This document shows positions 1-10,100 of a DNA stretch of 48,123 nt, piece after piece. The stretch comes from Candidatus Scalinduaceae bacterium (GTDB lineage Bacteria; Planctomycetota; Brocadiia; Brocadiales; Scalinduaceae): positions 1-48,123 of the forward strand of contig JBHICG010000021.1 in assembly GCA_046759445.1 (NCBI GenBank), read 5' to 3'. Position 1 is the stretch's first letter. Every line of letters starts with the position of its first letter. The position numbers were made by a program, and so were the translations under genes. Under the pieces are notes generated by a model. The model did no database searches. It was given only the letters and a program-made list of their open reading frames with translations, and was not told the DNA's origin.

Positions 1-63
1 AAGATCGAAAACTGTTAATAGAAGTGTTGCCATAAAAAACAATGGTACTAATTGTTTGTCCAT
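1..63 (-). CDS. 5' end of a gene running off the left edge (MDKQLVPLFFMATLLLTVFDL...), probably exported
   Basis: ATG at 63-61 preceded by AGAGGAG RBS on the minus strand; hydrophobic signal-peptide-like N-terminus; manual translation. Confidence 0.6.
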   Translation of the reverse strand, partial: MDKQLVPLFFMATLLLTVFDL

Positions 64-604
64 TTTGCTTTCTCCTCTTTTTTGTTAGAAAACGTATTTT
101 TTGAAAAAAAACGTAATTACGGAGTTCTACAAAATTAATCCAATGTTGCACCTTGTCATTTAGAGTCCTTCGTTCAATGGGATCCTGGAAGGGGATAGAT
201 GTCGAATAAGTTTAGCCGGTGTCTGGAAGGTATGCCACCAGCCCACAAAGCAAATTTGCCTTGTCTAAAATACCGTCCAGGAAGAAGTTTGTGGGTGATC
301 TTACTTGTTTGTATTTCAGGATAAGCTTTGAGTGGGTTTTTACTAATAGAAATGGCTTACGAAATTCTTCAGCACGCCTGGAATGTCATTTCTATCATTT
401 TGCAGGTTATTATTTATAAACTGACTATTTAGTTAGTTCAGCAAAACATATTATAACTTCTATATATTGCATTTATAACATTAAATACCACAATATATAA
501 AAATTGAAGAGAAAAAGCAATAATAATTTTTCGATATGTTCCAACTTAATAGGAACAGCATCTGCATTTAAAATATTAGAGACAAAGCCGCCCCTTGGAG
601 TAGC

Positions 605-817
605 TTATAGGCCCGCCAAACAAACCCTGATTTCCTTATTAAAACAATTGGCCTCTTCCAGCCAATTTAGGATCTGTTCTGGTGTCCATGTAAGATTATG
701 CCTTAGTTTTGCCTCTTCAGACTCCCAACCACCGAAATCAATAATGTTTCCTTCACTATCATACTTTATAGATGAATCGGTCTTTTTAGCTCCTGACGTA
801 ATGTTATCATTGTTCAT
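605..817 (-). CDS. small hypothetical protein (70 aa)
   Basis: ORF with a strong AAGGAG RBS; protein-like composition. Confidence 0.6.
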   Translation of the reverse strand: MNNDNITSGAKKTDSSIKYDSEGNIIDFGGWESEEAKLRHNLTWTPEQILNWLEEANCFNKEIRVCLAGL

Positions 818-852
818 TCTCTGTATACTCCTTTAATTTATCGATAATTTCC

Positions 853-1002
853 ATCTAAATTGAGCGATTTTGTAGCCACAACCTTGAGGTTGCGTGACTT
901 ACGAGGATCCATCAAATGATGAGAAATGCAGTCGGTCAATCTTAAGATTGCCTTAAGCCAGCGGCTACAAAGGCATATAATATAAAATCGCTCAATTTAG
1001 GT
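853..1002. mobile_element. 150-bp MITE family A, copy 1
   Basis: TIRs A(T/C)CTAAATTGAGCGATTTT / AAAATCGCTCAATTTAGGT; near-identical copies at 6234-6383 and 12348-12497. Confidence 0.9.
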
Positions 1003-1022
1003 TCCAGATATAATTTAGTGAT

Positions 1023-1054
1023 AAAAGAGCTAAGCAATATTGCTTAGCTCTTTT
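1023..1054. terminator. perfect 32-bp palindrome, likely bidirectional intrinsic terminator
   Basis: AAAAGAGCTAAGCAATATTGCTTAGCTCTTTT, downstream of the LOG gene. Confidence 0.6.
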
Positions 1055-1205
1055 TAAAGTCAAATCGGTGCAATTCTGTGAATTGCCCCACAAAAGAGCC
1101 ATTATAAAGGAGTGTCTTTCTATTGCAATACGAAACTCCCACAATTGCATTGAGTTTGTCATCTGTTATATGCAAAGTACAAGTTTTAGATAATTATGCG
1201 AATGT

Positions 1206-1790
1206 TTATATACCTTTTTGATCTATCCACCTTGCTACTTCAGGCGCCTTGTATGTTTCAAACTTTTGGAGAAGTACATCTGGTTGTTCTTCCACGAACA
1301 CCATAGAACGGTATTTTTCCTTTATGAATTTCTCAGAAACGGCATGATTGATGAAGTCGATTAGCTTGTCGTAATACTGGCATGCATTTAACAAGCCGAA
1401 CGGTTTCTGATGCATCCCCAACTGTGACCATGTCCAGATTTCGAAGAACTCTTCAATCGTGCCGAGGCCGCCGGGCAAAGCAATGAAGCCGTCTGAAAGT
1501 TCAGCCATCATTTCCTTTCGCTCATGCATAGTGTTAACCTCCCGCAATTCGGAAACACCCGTATGTGCTACCTCTTTAACAAAAAGCCCCTTCGGGATAA
1601 TGCCAATTACCTCCCCACCCTCTTTGAGAACGGCGTCCGCAATCTCACCCATCATGCCGACACTTGCGCCGCCGTATACAAGACCTATATTCTTGTTGAC
1701 CATGGCACTGGCCAGTTCTCTGGCAGCCTGAGTATATTCAGGTCGATTACCAGTGTTCGATCCGCAATATACGCACAATCTTTTTATCAT
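1206..1790 (-). CDS. log: LOG family nucleotide 5'-monophosphate phosphoribohydrolase (TIGR00730-like)
   Basis: CVYCGS, LVYGG, MHERK and PGGLGTIEE motifs. Confidence 0.93.
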   Translation of the reverse strand: MIKRLCVYCGSNTGNRPEYTQAARELASAMVNKNIGLVYGGASVGMMGEIADAVLKEGGEVIGIIPKGLFVKEVAHTGVSELREVNTMHERKEMMAELSDGFIALPGGLGTIEEFFEIWTWSQLGMHQKPFGLLNACQYYDKLIDFINHAVSEKFIKEKYRSMVFVEEQPDVLLQKFETYKAPEVARWIDQKGI

Positions 1791-2049
1791 AGTTATCCAG
1801 TATAGATAGGAGTATAGACTTTTTATAAATGTTTTTGTTCCTTCCGGCTACCATAAAAGCGTAAGCCCGGCCGGATAAGATGCCGCTCATATAGTGAGAT
1901 GAGGAACAGTTATGGCTTAGCGTAATAACCTGGGGGTTTATAACGCAATCTCCCAATTAACGTCAAACTTGGAATGGTAACCCGGATAGCTTATTAAAAT
2001 GTGGCAAAAGAGATTCTTAATTACGTATTCTTTAGATTATAATTACTGT

Positions 2050-2140
2050 ATATCAAGTGGTAAACCTCCCCTTTGTCCCCTCCTTGCGAAGGAGGGGAAT
2101 TAGGGGAGGTTACAAAATTTAATAGAAAGCCACTTGATAT
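2050..2140. repeat. CCCCT-rich palindrome flanked by 11-bp inverted repeats
   Basis: ATATCAAGTGG...CCACTTGATAT encloses AACCTCCCCTTTGTCCCCTCCTTGCGAAGGAGGGGAATTAGGGGAGGTT; related copy at 9390-9436. Confidence 0.8.
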
Positions 2141-2390
2141 TGAGCAAATTCATCAGGTATTATAAAGGAGCACCCGTGTTTTGCAACATCAATTCATGTG
2201 GTTTTGAGGCCATAATGCCGTCACAAACTGACTATTTGGACAAGGGAGAAAAGGCATTAACGAATGGAATAAGAATTTAATATCTTCATTTAAGGAAGTT
2301 TGTTAGTATAGTTGACATTTCTTATAATTTATATTAAATATGTGATTAAATTATGTTTGAAAATTAGTTAAGTACAGGAGACAAATTATA

Positions 2391-4301
2391 ATGACTATGG
2401 AAAAGATGGAATTTAAGACAGAAACTAAGCAGATCCTGGATTTAGTCGTACACTCTCTTTATTCTCATAAGGAGATATTCCTTAGAGAACTCATTTCCAA
2501 TGCCTCGGATGCCATCGACAAGGCGCGTCATGAATCCCTGACAAAGAAAGAGATCCTTGAAGATGATAAGGATTGGAAGATTAAGATTGAAGCAGACAAG
2601 GGTGCTGGGACACTAACAGTTAGTGACAATGGTATCGGTATGGCGAAAGATGAGGCAATTAAAGAGCTTGGCACTATTGCTCATTCAGGGACAAAGGAAT
2701 TTCTTGCAGCGCTGCAAAGCAAGGAGGTAAAGGACAACCCGGAACTAATAGGTCAATTTGGTGTTGGGTTCTACTCATCATTTATGGTTGCTGACAAGGT
2801 TACGGTCGTCTCAAGAAAGGCCGGTATTAATGATAAAAAAGGGGTTAAGTGGGAATCCAGCGCTGACGGCTCCTTCACCGTGGAAGACATAGAAAAAGAA
2901 TCTAAGGGTACTGATATTATCCTGCACCTCAAGGAAGAAGAGAAGAAATACCTTGAGGAGTGGGAGATAAGAAATACAATCAAAAGGTATTCTGACTTCA
3001 TCGAACACCCCATCGTGATGGACATTGAACGGGAAAGAGAAAGTAAATTGGATAAGACCAAAAAGGTTAAGATGAAGGAAGAAGAGACCTTGAACTCCAG
3101 AAAGGCTATCTGGCTTAAAAAGAAATCAGACATAACTAAGGACGAACACAATGAATTTTACAAACACGTCTCTCATGATTTTGCAGACCCTGCTAAGGTA
3201 GTTCACTACAAAGTAGAAGGTGTTTCAGAGTTTGTGTCTCTCCTCTACATTCCATTGATTAGGCCCATGGACATTTTCTATAAGGAATACAAGATTGGGC
3301 CTACTCTTTACGTCAAAAGAGTAAAAATAATTGACCACTGTGAGGAATTAATACCCCCATACCTGAGATTTATAAAGGGAGTGGTGGATTCCTCAGACCT
3401 ACCCTTAAATGTCTCAAGGGAAATACTGCAAAATAACCGACAGGTTGAGACCATAAAGAATAGTATCACAAAAAAAGTGATCGATACACTCAATGAGATG
3501 AAAAAGAATGAACATGAAAAATACCTGAAATTCTATGTCGAATTTGGCAGGCTTTTGAAAGAGGGTATTCATCTTGATTTCTCCAGAAGGGAGGCCATTG
3601 GTGAACTCCTCCTCTTCCCTTCGACAAAAACGGACAAGGGTAAGTTCAGGACGATACAAGACTATGTCGATGACATGAAAGAGGGACAGGAAGATGTGTA
3701 TTATATCACCGGCACATCACTGGATGAATTATTGAAATCACCTTACCTCGAGGCTTTTAAGGACAAAGACTACGAAGTCCTCATTATGCTGGACGAAATC
3801 GATGATATTATCATGAGCCAGTTTGAGTACAAGGGGAAGAAGTTCAAGAATGTCGTTAAGGGAGATGTCACTCTGGACAAATCGGAAAAATCCGAGAAGG
3901 AAAAGGTACAGAAAAAATATGGGAAACTTATCAAACTTATCAAAGACCGCCTGGAGGATGATCTGAAAGAAGTCAGGCTTTCAGGCAGGCTTAAGGATTC
4001 TGCTTGCTGTCTTGTGGGAGATGAAGGAGAAATGGACCCACAGATGGAGAAGCTCTTAAAATCTATGGGACAGGACGTACCTGAGAGAAAAAGGATCCTT
4101 GAAATCAATCCATCACACCCAATCTTTGAAGCCATGAACACGATATTTGAAAAAGACAAAAATAGTGGAGTTTTACAGGAATATGCTGACCTTCTTTATG
4201 ATCAGGCCCTCCTACTGGAAGGTTCAAAACCGAAGGACTCTGCCGCCTTTGCAAAGGCTATTTCAAAGCTTATGGTTGAAAATGCACAACGTGGAGAATA
4301 A
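2391..4301 (+). CDS. htpG: molecular chaperone HtpG (Hsp90)
   Basis: FLRELISNASDA, DNGIGM, IGQFGVGFYS, DLPLNVSRE and LEINPSHP motifs; AGGAG RBS. Confidence 0.98.
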   Translation: MTMEKMEFKTETKQILDLVVHSLYSHKEIFLRELISNASDAIDKARHESLTKKEILEDDKDWKIKIEADKGAGTLTVSDNGIGMAKDEAIKELGTIAHSGTKEFLAALQSKEVKDNPELIGQFGVGFYSSFMVADKVTVVSRKAGINDKKGVKWESSADGSFTVEDIEKESKGTDIILHLKEEEKKYLEEWEIRNTIKRYSDFIEHPIVMDIERERESKLDKTKKVKMKEEETLNSRKAIWLKKKSDITKDEHNEFYKHVSHDFADPAKVVHYKVEGVSEFVSLLYIPLIRPMDIFYKEYKIGPTLYVKRVKIIDHCEELIPPYLRFIKGVVDSSDLPLNVSREILQNNRQVETIKNSITKKVIDTLNEMKKNEHEKYLKFYVEFGRLLKEGIHLDFSRREAIGELLLFPSTKTDKGKFRTIQDYVDDMKEGQEDVYYITGTSLDELLKSPYLEAFKDKDYEVLIMLDEIDDIIMSQFEYKGKKFKNVVKGDVTLDKSEKSEKEKVQKKYGKLIKLIKDRLEDDLKEVRLSGRLKDSACCLVGDEGEMDPQMEKLLKSMGQDVPERKRILEINPSHPIFEAMNTIFEKDKNSGVLQEYADLLYDQALLLEGSKPKDSAAFAKAISKLMVENAQRGE

Positions 4302-4722
4302 TTGAATTACTTTCGTAGCGTCCTCACATATCTAACAAATATTCTTTTCCTTACTCATTTCTTTATCTCATCTTCCTATAAAACAGTTTCAATTCCTTAA
4401 GCAAACCTTTGAAATACATAAACTTATCAATCCTTTTAGGATTTTTGCTTAAGAATTATTGTGAATGTGACGATATAAAGGCTAGTTAGTTCATTCAAGG
4501 GTTCAAGGGTTTTACGGCTGTTTTGTATGCCCTTAAAACATAATTAAGGGCTTGTTTATACAAAAGGCTCTTTTGTGTACGTGTTTATGTGATTTATTAA
4601 ATCTAGAACAAATAGTTATATAAGGGGGTTTTCCCCTAACTTAAACTGAATCTTAGATTTAAGAATACTACACGGCACACTTAAAGAGCCTTATTTTTAT
4701 AAAGAGTGGCGAAAACATAAAG

Positions 4723-4902
4723 ATGCATAAACAAGACGATACCCGTAATAAGGATGCGAAATTTACGAAAGAAGAACTTTTATCAATATTCGAAGAAGAA
4801 GCAAAGCATATATGTAAGAAACCTGATGAAGCACATTCTATTGCCGAAAGTGCATTATGCGATTTCCTCAGAATGCATGGTGAATATGTAAGGTTAGTTT
4901 AA
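4723..4902 (+). CDS. small hypothetical protein (59 aa, below the ORF-track cutoff)
   Basis: manual translation MHKQDDTRNKDAKFTKEELLSIFEEEAKHICKKPDEAHSIAESALCDFLRMHGEYVRLV; stop lies 1 nt before the next ATG. Confidence 0.45.
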   Translation: MHKQDDTRNKDAKFTKEELLSIFEEEAKHICKKPDEAHSIAESALCDFLRMHGEYVRLV

Positions 4903-4903
4903 T

Positions 4904-5728
4904 ATGAAAACAAGATTGCTGTTCATTATCTCGATATTTATTTTTTCCCTCAGATTGAATGCATCTCCTGCCAACGATAGTACCCTTATATCTTACATAA
5001 ACGAGAACAAAAAGGAACCCCTTGATTATCTGGTGAGTAAATTAAAGGATAATGATATTGTTCTTTTAGGTGAGAGACATAATCAGAACCATCAACTTGA
5101 AATGTTAGAAGACTTTATTCAAAGGCGGTCAATAGAACTTCCTCCAACTATCCTTGCTTTAGAAATATCAACAGATGAGCAAAACAGGGTTAATCATTTT
5201 CTGGAGACAGGTTTAGGACTTGAAGAAATCAGATTTCCGTCTCACTTATCAAATTCCCTGTATAGGGGTTTGATTGTTGCAGCGAAAGAATCAGGGTTGG
5301 AGATTAAGTGTATTGATATGCCATCACGATTGTTCAAGCATACTGAAATAACCAGAGATGAGTATATGGCAAATACCTTAATTGCCAAAAAAGAGGAGAC
5401 ACATAAAGAATATAAAATCCTTGCAATTGTTGGGTGTATTCACACAATCAAAACACCCATCGAATGGTTAACGGCCGGAAATTCTTACAAATACCTGGGA
5501 CTGCTTCTTAGTATGAAAGATCCCACACTAAATACATTTTCCATCTGTCAAGCCTTAAGTAGCCCTGATAGTGATATTGATAAATCATTTAGTAAGTTTA
5601 AGGAGTGCATAGCTTGTGAAGTTGACAAACCTTTTTCCTTATATCATGGTGGAAGTTTGTCTCTGTTAAATTGTAAACCAATTAATATGTTACAAGCTTT
5701 TGATGGGGTGATTTATCATCCTCAATAA
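4904..5728 (+). CDS. exported ChaN/EreA/TIKI-superfamily protein
   Basis: signal peptide; IVLLGERH, LALE, RDEYMA and IVGCIH motifs typical of this fold. Confidence 0.65.
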   Translation: MKTRLLFIISIFIFSLRLNASPANDSTLISYINENKKEPLDYLVSKLKDNDIVLLGERHNQNHQLEMLEDFIQRRSIELPPTILALEISTDEQNRVNHFLETGLGLEEIRFPSHLSNSLYRGLIVAAKESGLEIKCIDMPSRLFKHTEITRDEYMANTLIAKKEETHKEYKILAIVGCIHTIKTPIEWLTAGNSYKYLGLLLSMKDPTLNTFSICQALSSPDSDIDKSFSKFKECIACEVDKPFSLYHGGSLSLLNCKPINMLQAFDGVIYHPQ

Positions 5729-5771
5729 TTTGATTAAGAGTTTGTATGATGTATTGGCTCTGGTGGCATTA

Positions 5772-6191
5772 TCAACTCCTTTTGTAACTCCGAATAATAT
5801 CAATGGCTTTGTTGAGTTTAAGTGTAAGCTCTTTTGCCTTTTTCTGTAGTTCCTCACTTAGATGAGAAACCTTGTCGGGATGAGATTTAGCAATCTTTTC
5901 TTTATATGCTCTTTGTATTTCTTTCCATGAAGCATTAGGACTAACACCCAATAATCTGTATGCCTCTTCTAAATCCAGATCAGCATCAGGTTTTTTTTCT
6001 TTGGTTCCTTGTGATTGGCTTTGGGAATAATAATAGTCTCTTTGTTTCTTCTGCTTTTTATATTGGTACCACAGTCGGAATAATAAACCAGATGCTATAA
6101 GGTCATCTATAAAATGAGGATGTAAGTCCCAGGGACTTATAATATAGACAATTAAAAATATAAGTAATAAATAAAATATAATATTTTTCAT
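5772..6191 (-). CDS. membrane-anchored J-domain protein (DUF1232-like N-terminus + DnaJ domain)
   Basis: YIISPWDL..FIDD segment; C-terminal J domain with HPD (AYRLLGV...IQRAY...HPDK). Confidence 0.85.
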   Translation of the reverse strand: MKNIIFYLLLIFLIVYIISPWDLHPHFIDDLIASGLLFRLWYQYKKQKKQRDYYYSQSQSQGTKEKKPDADLDLEEAYRLLGVSPNASWKEIQRAYKEKIAKSHPDKVSHLSEELQKKAKELTLKLNKAIDIIRSYKRS

Positions 6192-6233
6192 CAAATGTTT
6201 TTAATATACTACTGAGAGCATAAAGTAGTTTAC

Positions 6234-6383
6234 ATCTAAATTGAGCGATTTTGTAGCCGCAACCTTGAGGTTGCGCAACTTACGTGGATCCATCAAATGA
6301 TGAGAAACGCAGGCGGTCAATCTTAAGATTGCCTTAAGCCAGCGGCTACAATATCATATAATATAAAATCGCTCAATTTAGGT
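6234..6383. mobile_element. 150-bp MITE family A, copy 2
   Basis: near-identical to 853-1002. Confidence 0.9.
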
Positions 6384-6395
6384 ACCAATTTGTGA

Positions 6396-6818
6396 CTAAA
6401 TATTTAAGTCAATATTTTGAATGAATTCATTAGGTCTTATGACCTTGATGCCATTCCATTTAAGTTTCTTGAGCAAATGGGAATCTGACGATATGACGTA
6501 ATCAGCTCCCAATGCAAGGGCACAGGCTATAAACTTATTGTCGTCGGGGTCTTCGGGTATCCATTCCTTTTCCTCGGGTCTTTGTATAAAGCAGACGTTA
6601 ACGTTCCTTTCAATTGCATCCTTCACCCTTGATATCATTTCCTCATCCTTAAACTTGAACCTCCTCAAGATTTCCTTATATTCTCCAACTATAGGTTCTG
6701 AGATACAGAGATTTACCTTTCCCGAAAGCCAGAGCTCAATTATTTTTCTTGACGTATCCCCAAACAATGAGGCGACAAATATGTTTGTGTCTATTACTAT
6801 CTTTGTTTTCTGTTTCAT
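6396..6818 (-). CDS. PIN-domain putative toxin (TIGR00305-like)
   Basis: VIDTNIFVA, DPDDNKFIACA and VISSDSHLL motifs. Confidence 0.9.
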   Translation of the reverse strand: MKQKTKIVIDTNIFVASLFGDTSRKIIELWLSGKVNLCISEPIVGEYKEILRRFKFKDEEMISRVKDAIERNVNVCFIQRPEEKEWIPEDPDDNKFIACALALGADYVISSDSHLLKKLKWNGIKVIRPNEFIQNIDLNI

Positions 6819-6877
6819 TTACGAATTTTCTGTTCCCAAAAACGCCTCTGCCATAAATGACAGATAATACAACAAAT

Positions 6878-7036
6878 TGTCATTCCCTGCCTGACCTGTC
6901 CCCGCCAGAACAGCCTTGTCGGGCTGGCGAAAGGCGTAGCCGGGCAGGCCGACAAAGATCGGGAATCTATTTTTGTTACATCGGGATTTCGCCAGCCTGA
7001 TGCCAAAAGTAGGGTCGGGATAACAATATCCCGACC
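6878..7036. repeat. nested palindromic repeat cluster
   Basis: GTCATTC|CCGACAAAGATCGGGAATC palindrome split by a CCTGCCTG...CGGGCAGG insert (6886-6948); GTAGGGTCGGGAT..ATCCCGACC REP at 7009-7036. Confidence 0.7.
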
Positions 7037-7141
7037 GAACCAACGGAATTTATATTAAATAACCTGCATCTCGTTCTATGTACTCAGCATTGAATGGCTC
7101 ATTATCTATCATTTTCAGTGTCAATCCGTGGTAAATTATTA

Positions 7142-10100
7142 CTATTTACAAATCATTTCATATTCACACCACTCACATTTATAGTTGCTTACCTTTTTGA
7201 AATTTCCTTTCTTGAGTGTGGCGAAGAAGGTGTCCAGGGTTTTGTATAATTCTTTGCAAGAATCTTCTGTGGTATCAATTGTTACAGATTTGTTTGGAAC
7301 AAGAAAATAGAGTATTGTTTCATCCACTCTCTTTCCATAGATTGCTTCTAACGCCCTGGCATAAAGCTGCATCTGTAATTGATAATATTTTACCTTTAAG
7401 GGTATTTCTTCAACACTAATGTCATTTGCCTTGTAATCAATGATTTTTAACTGACCTGCATTGTTACAATAGAATAGGTCAAATTGTCCCCTTATCAGGT
7501 TATGTTGATGTTTAAAGATAAATGACGCCTCTCGTTTTTGTAAGCTGCCTGAGACAACTTCCTTGCCAACCTCACTCTCATAAAATGAATTTACCCAACT
7601 CGCAACCATATTTATCCTGGACTGATCTGCCTCAAATCCAGATGTGGCGAATTCTCTTTTAATATGTTCCTGGAGCGCCACTTTGTTTTCTGATAAATGG
7701 TATCTCTTTAAGACCCGATGTGCGATATTTCCCAACTCGTGTCCGGGTATCTCATCATCATACGGTGTGTTTGCGTCTTCTTCAGATTCCGGATTGGGAC
7801 GTAATCCTTCCTTTGTCCCACGTAAACCTAATATGTACGTAAAAAAGTATAGCTGAGGGCAAAAATAAAACTTAAGTATTTCTGTGACAGAGTATACATA
7901 ATGGCTATTGTCAACGGGTACAGCATGTTTGATAACAGATAATATGTCTGTGCCTGTATTAATTATGTCTTTTGAAGGCGGTGGTGTCTTAATTTCGTTA
8001 CAGGCGGCTATTTCCTCCTTATGTTTAGTAAGCAAACTCTTCCTTTTGCCTGCATTTGGAATGCCTGAAACGAGTTGGGCAGGAGGTTTGTTTTCCTCTG
8101 TTATGATAGTACATCTTATCCTTTGTTTGTCACCGTTAAGTCTTATAATCTCTGGATTCTCTTTGGGGACCATACTTAAATCAAGGATTGAATAGATATC
8201 ATTGAACCAATTACCCTTGTCCTGTCCTTTTTTATTTCTGCCCTTGTTTGTGCCTCCAGAGATTATCAGATGTTCCTGTGCCCTTGTCATTGCCACATAA
8301 AGTAAACGTTTTGATTCCTGAATTTCCTTTTCTTTTATTTCTTCTTTGATTTTTTTGTGGCTTAATGGTTCCTCAACTTCATTAGTCAGTGGGTTTATTA
8401 TCTTGAAGCTAACTCCGTGTTTCTCTGAATACACAAAATAATCTGATGGCCTTACATTGTCTCTGTCCACGTCAGCGATGACTACGACCGGAAACTCCAG
8501 CCCTTTAGCGGCATGAACGGTTGTCAATTTGACAACGTCTTCTTCTTCAGATTCTACAGGAGCCTCGGACTCTCTTATCTCTCTGAACTTATAATCTTCA
8601 ACAATCTCAATAAAATCTCTTAAAGTTACGGGTTCAAAGTCCTCCTGGTTTTTACAGAGTTCAACTAACTTCAGGAGGTTTGCATACCTTCTTTTTCCAT
8701 TTGAGAAGATAAGCATTTTGGACTGAAATTCTGTCCTCTTAAGGATAAGGGAGATCAAATGCCACAATGAAGTTCTGGGCTTTATGGTTTGTATTTTTTT
8801 CAGGAGTTGCATGAATTGAGTAATCTTATTCCTGACATCTGCCTTGATTTCCTTTATGTCAACAACCTCATTTAAGATTTCATAAATATATCTTCTTTCG
8901 TTCCCGTTATGGGCATTATGGGCGTAGTTTGCCAGCCAGAAAAGGGCTTCGTCATCTACGCCAACGAACGGAGATTTCAGAACTGAAGCAAGATTTATTT
9001 CATCCAGGGGAGATTCTATTACCTTTAGCAGATTCATTAAGTCTGTAATTTCAGTTGTGTTAAAGAACCCCCTTCCGCTAATGACATAGTAAGGTATGTT
9101 AAGTTCTGCAAGGCTCCTTTCGTATAGTTTTATGTCAGTTGTGCTGCGAAATAGGATTGCGAAATCTCTGTATAATAGATTTCGTTCCTTTTCTCTTTTG
9201 TTTGTAATCTTGATTAAGCCTTTTTCTACGATCTCTTTGATTCTTTTTGCTATCTCAATGGATTCCCATTTCCTTGCCTGCGTCTTATCCTCTCCTGCGG
9301 CCATAATCATTTCGACAGAAGGGATCGATTTATGTGAAAATGTTGCTCCTGCCTTTAGTTGATGTTCACTATTCGTTAACAAACTAGAAACCTCCCCTCT
9401 TTCCCCTCCTTGCGAAGGAGGGGAAAGAGGGGAGGTAGAATCAAATGGATCCGCACTTGTTATTGAGCAATTAGCAGCATCCTTTATTTCGTTGCAATCT
9501 TTTTGTTGATTGCCTGCATTATCTGACCATAACTTATCGAATATATGGTTAACAAAGTCCAGTATCTGTGGTCGGCTTCTAAAGTTTTCATTTAGGCATA
9601 TTAAGGAACTTGAACTCACTTCATTTTGTAGATTTTGAAATATTTCAACGTCTGCATTTCTGAAACCGTATATGGATTGTTTTGCATCGCCCACAACAAA
9701 TAAATTATCCTTGCCTCTTATAAGGTCTATAATGGTTCTCTGTAATCTACTGATATCCTGAAATTCATCAACCAGTATATACTTAAACCTTCGTTTTATC
9801 TCATCAGTTATGTGTTTCTTTTCTCTTAATAATTCTATTGTTTTCTCTTCCAAATCAGTAAAGTCGACAAGGCTTTCAATCTTTTTCCCTTCTGTATAAG
9901 CAGCGTCGAAATCCATGAGAAATTCTTTTAACACCATCTTCGGTTTGGTTGAATAGTCCTCTATGAGTAATCCGATAAGATTTTCGAGTTCTTTGCGTAA
10001 GTCTTTCAAAGGCTGTTTTACATCCTGAGATACGCTCAAGTTTATGGAAGAATTAATGTCTTTGAATTTGTTTAATAATGAAAGGGTGAGAGTGTCTTTT

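Noticed and set aside
170..400. GC-richer intergenic tract with several GGA motifs (riboswitch or sRNA?)
   Set aside because: No riboswitch consensus, clear hairpin-loop GGA pattern or terminator could be identified by eye
2280..2390. CIRCE or HAIR heat-shock operator upstream of htpG
   Set aside because: Neither inverted repeat is present; only a TTGACA with a weak -10
6815..7043. Track ORFs 6815-7006 and 6819-7043 as the PIN antitoxin
   Set aside because: They are read-throughs of GC-rich palindromic repeats with no antitoxin features
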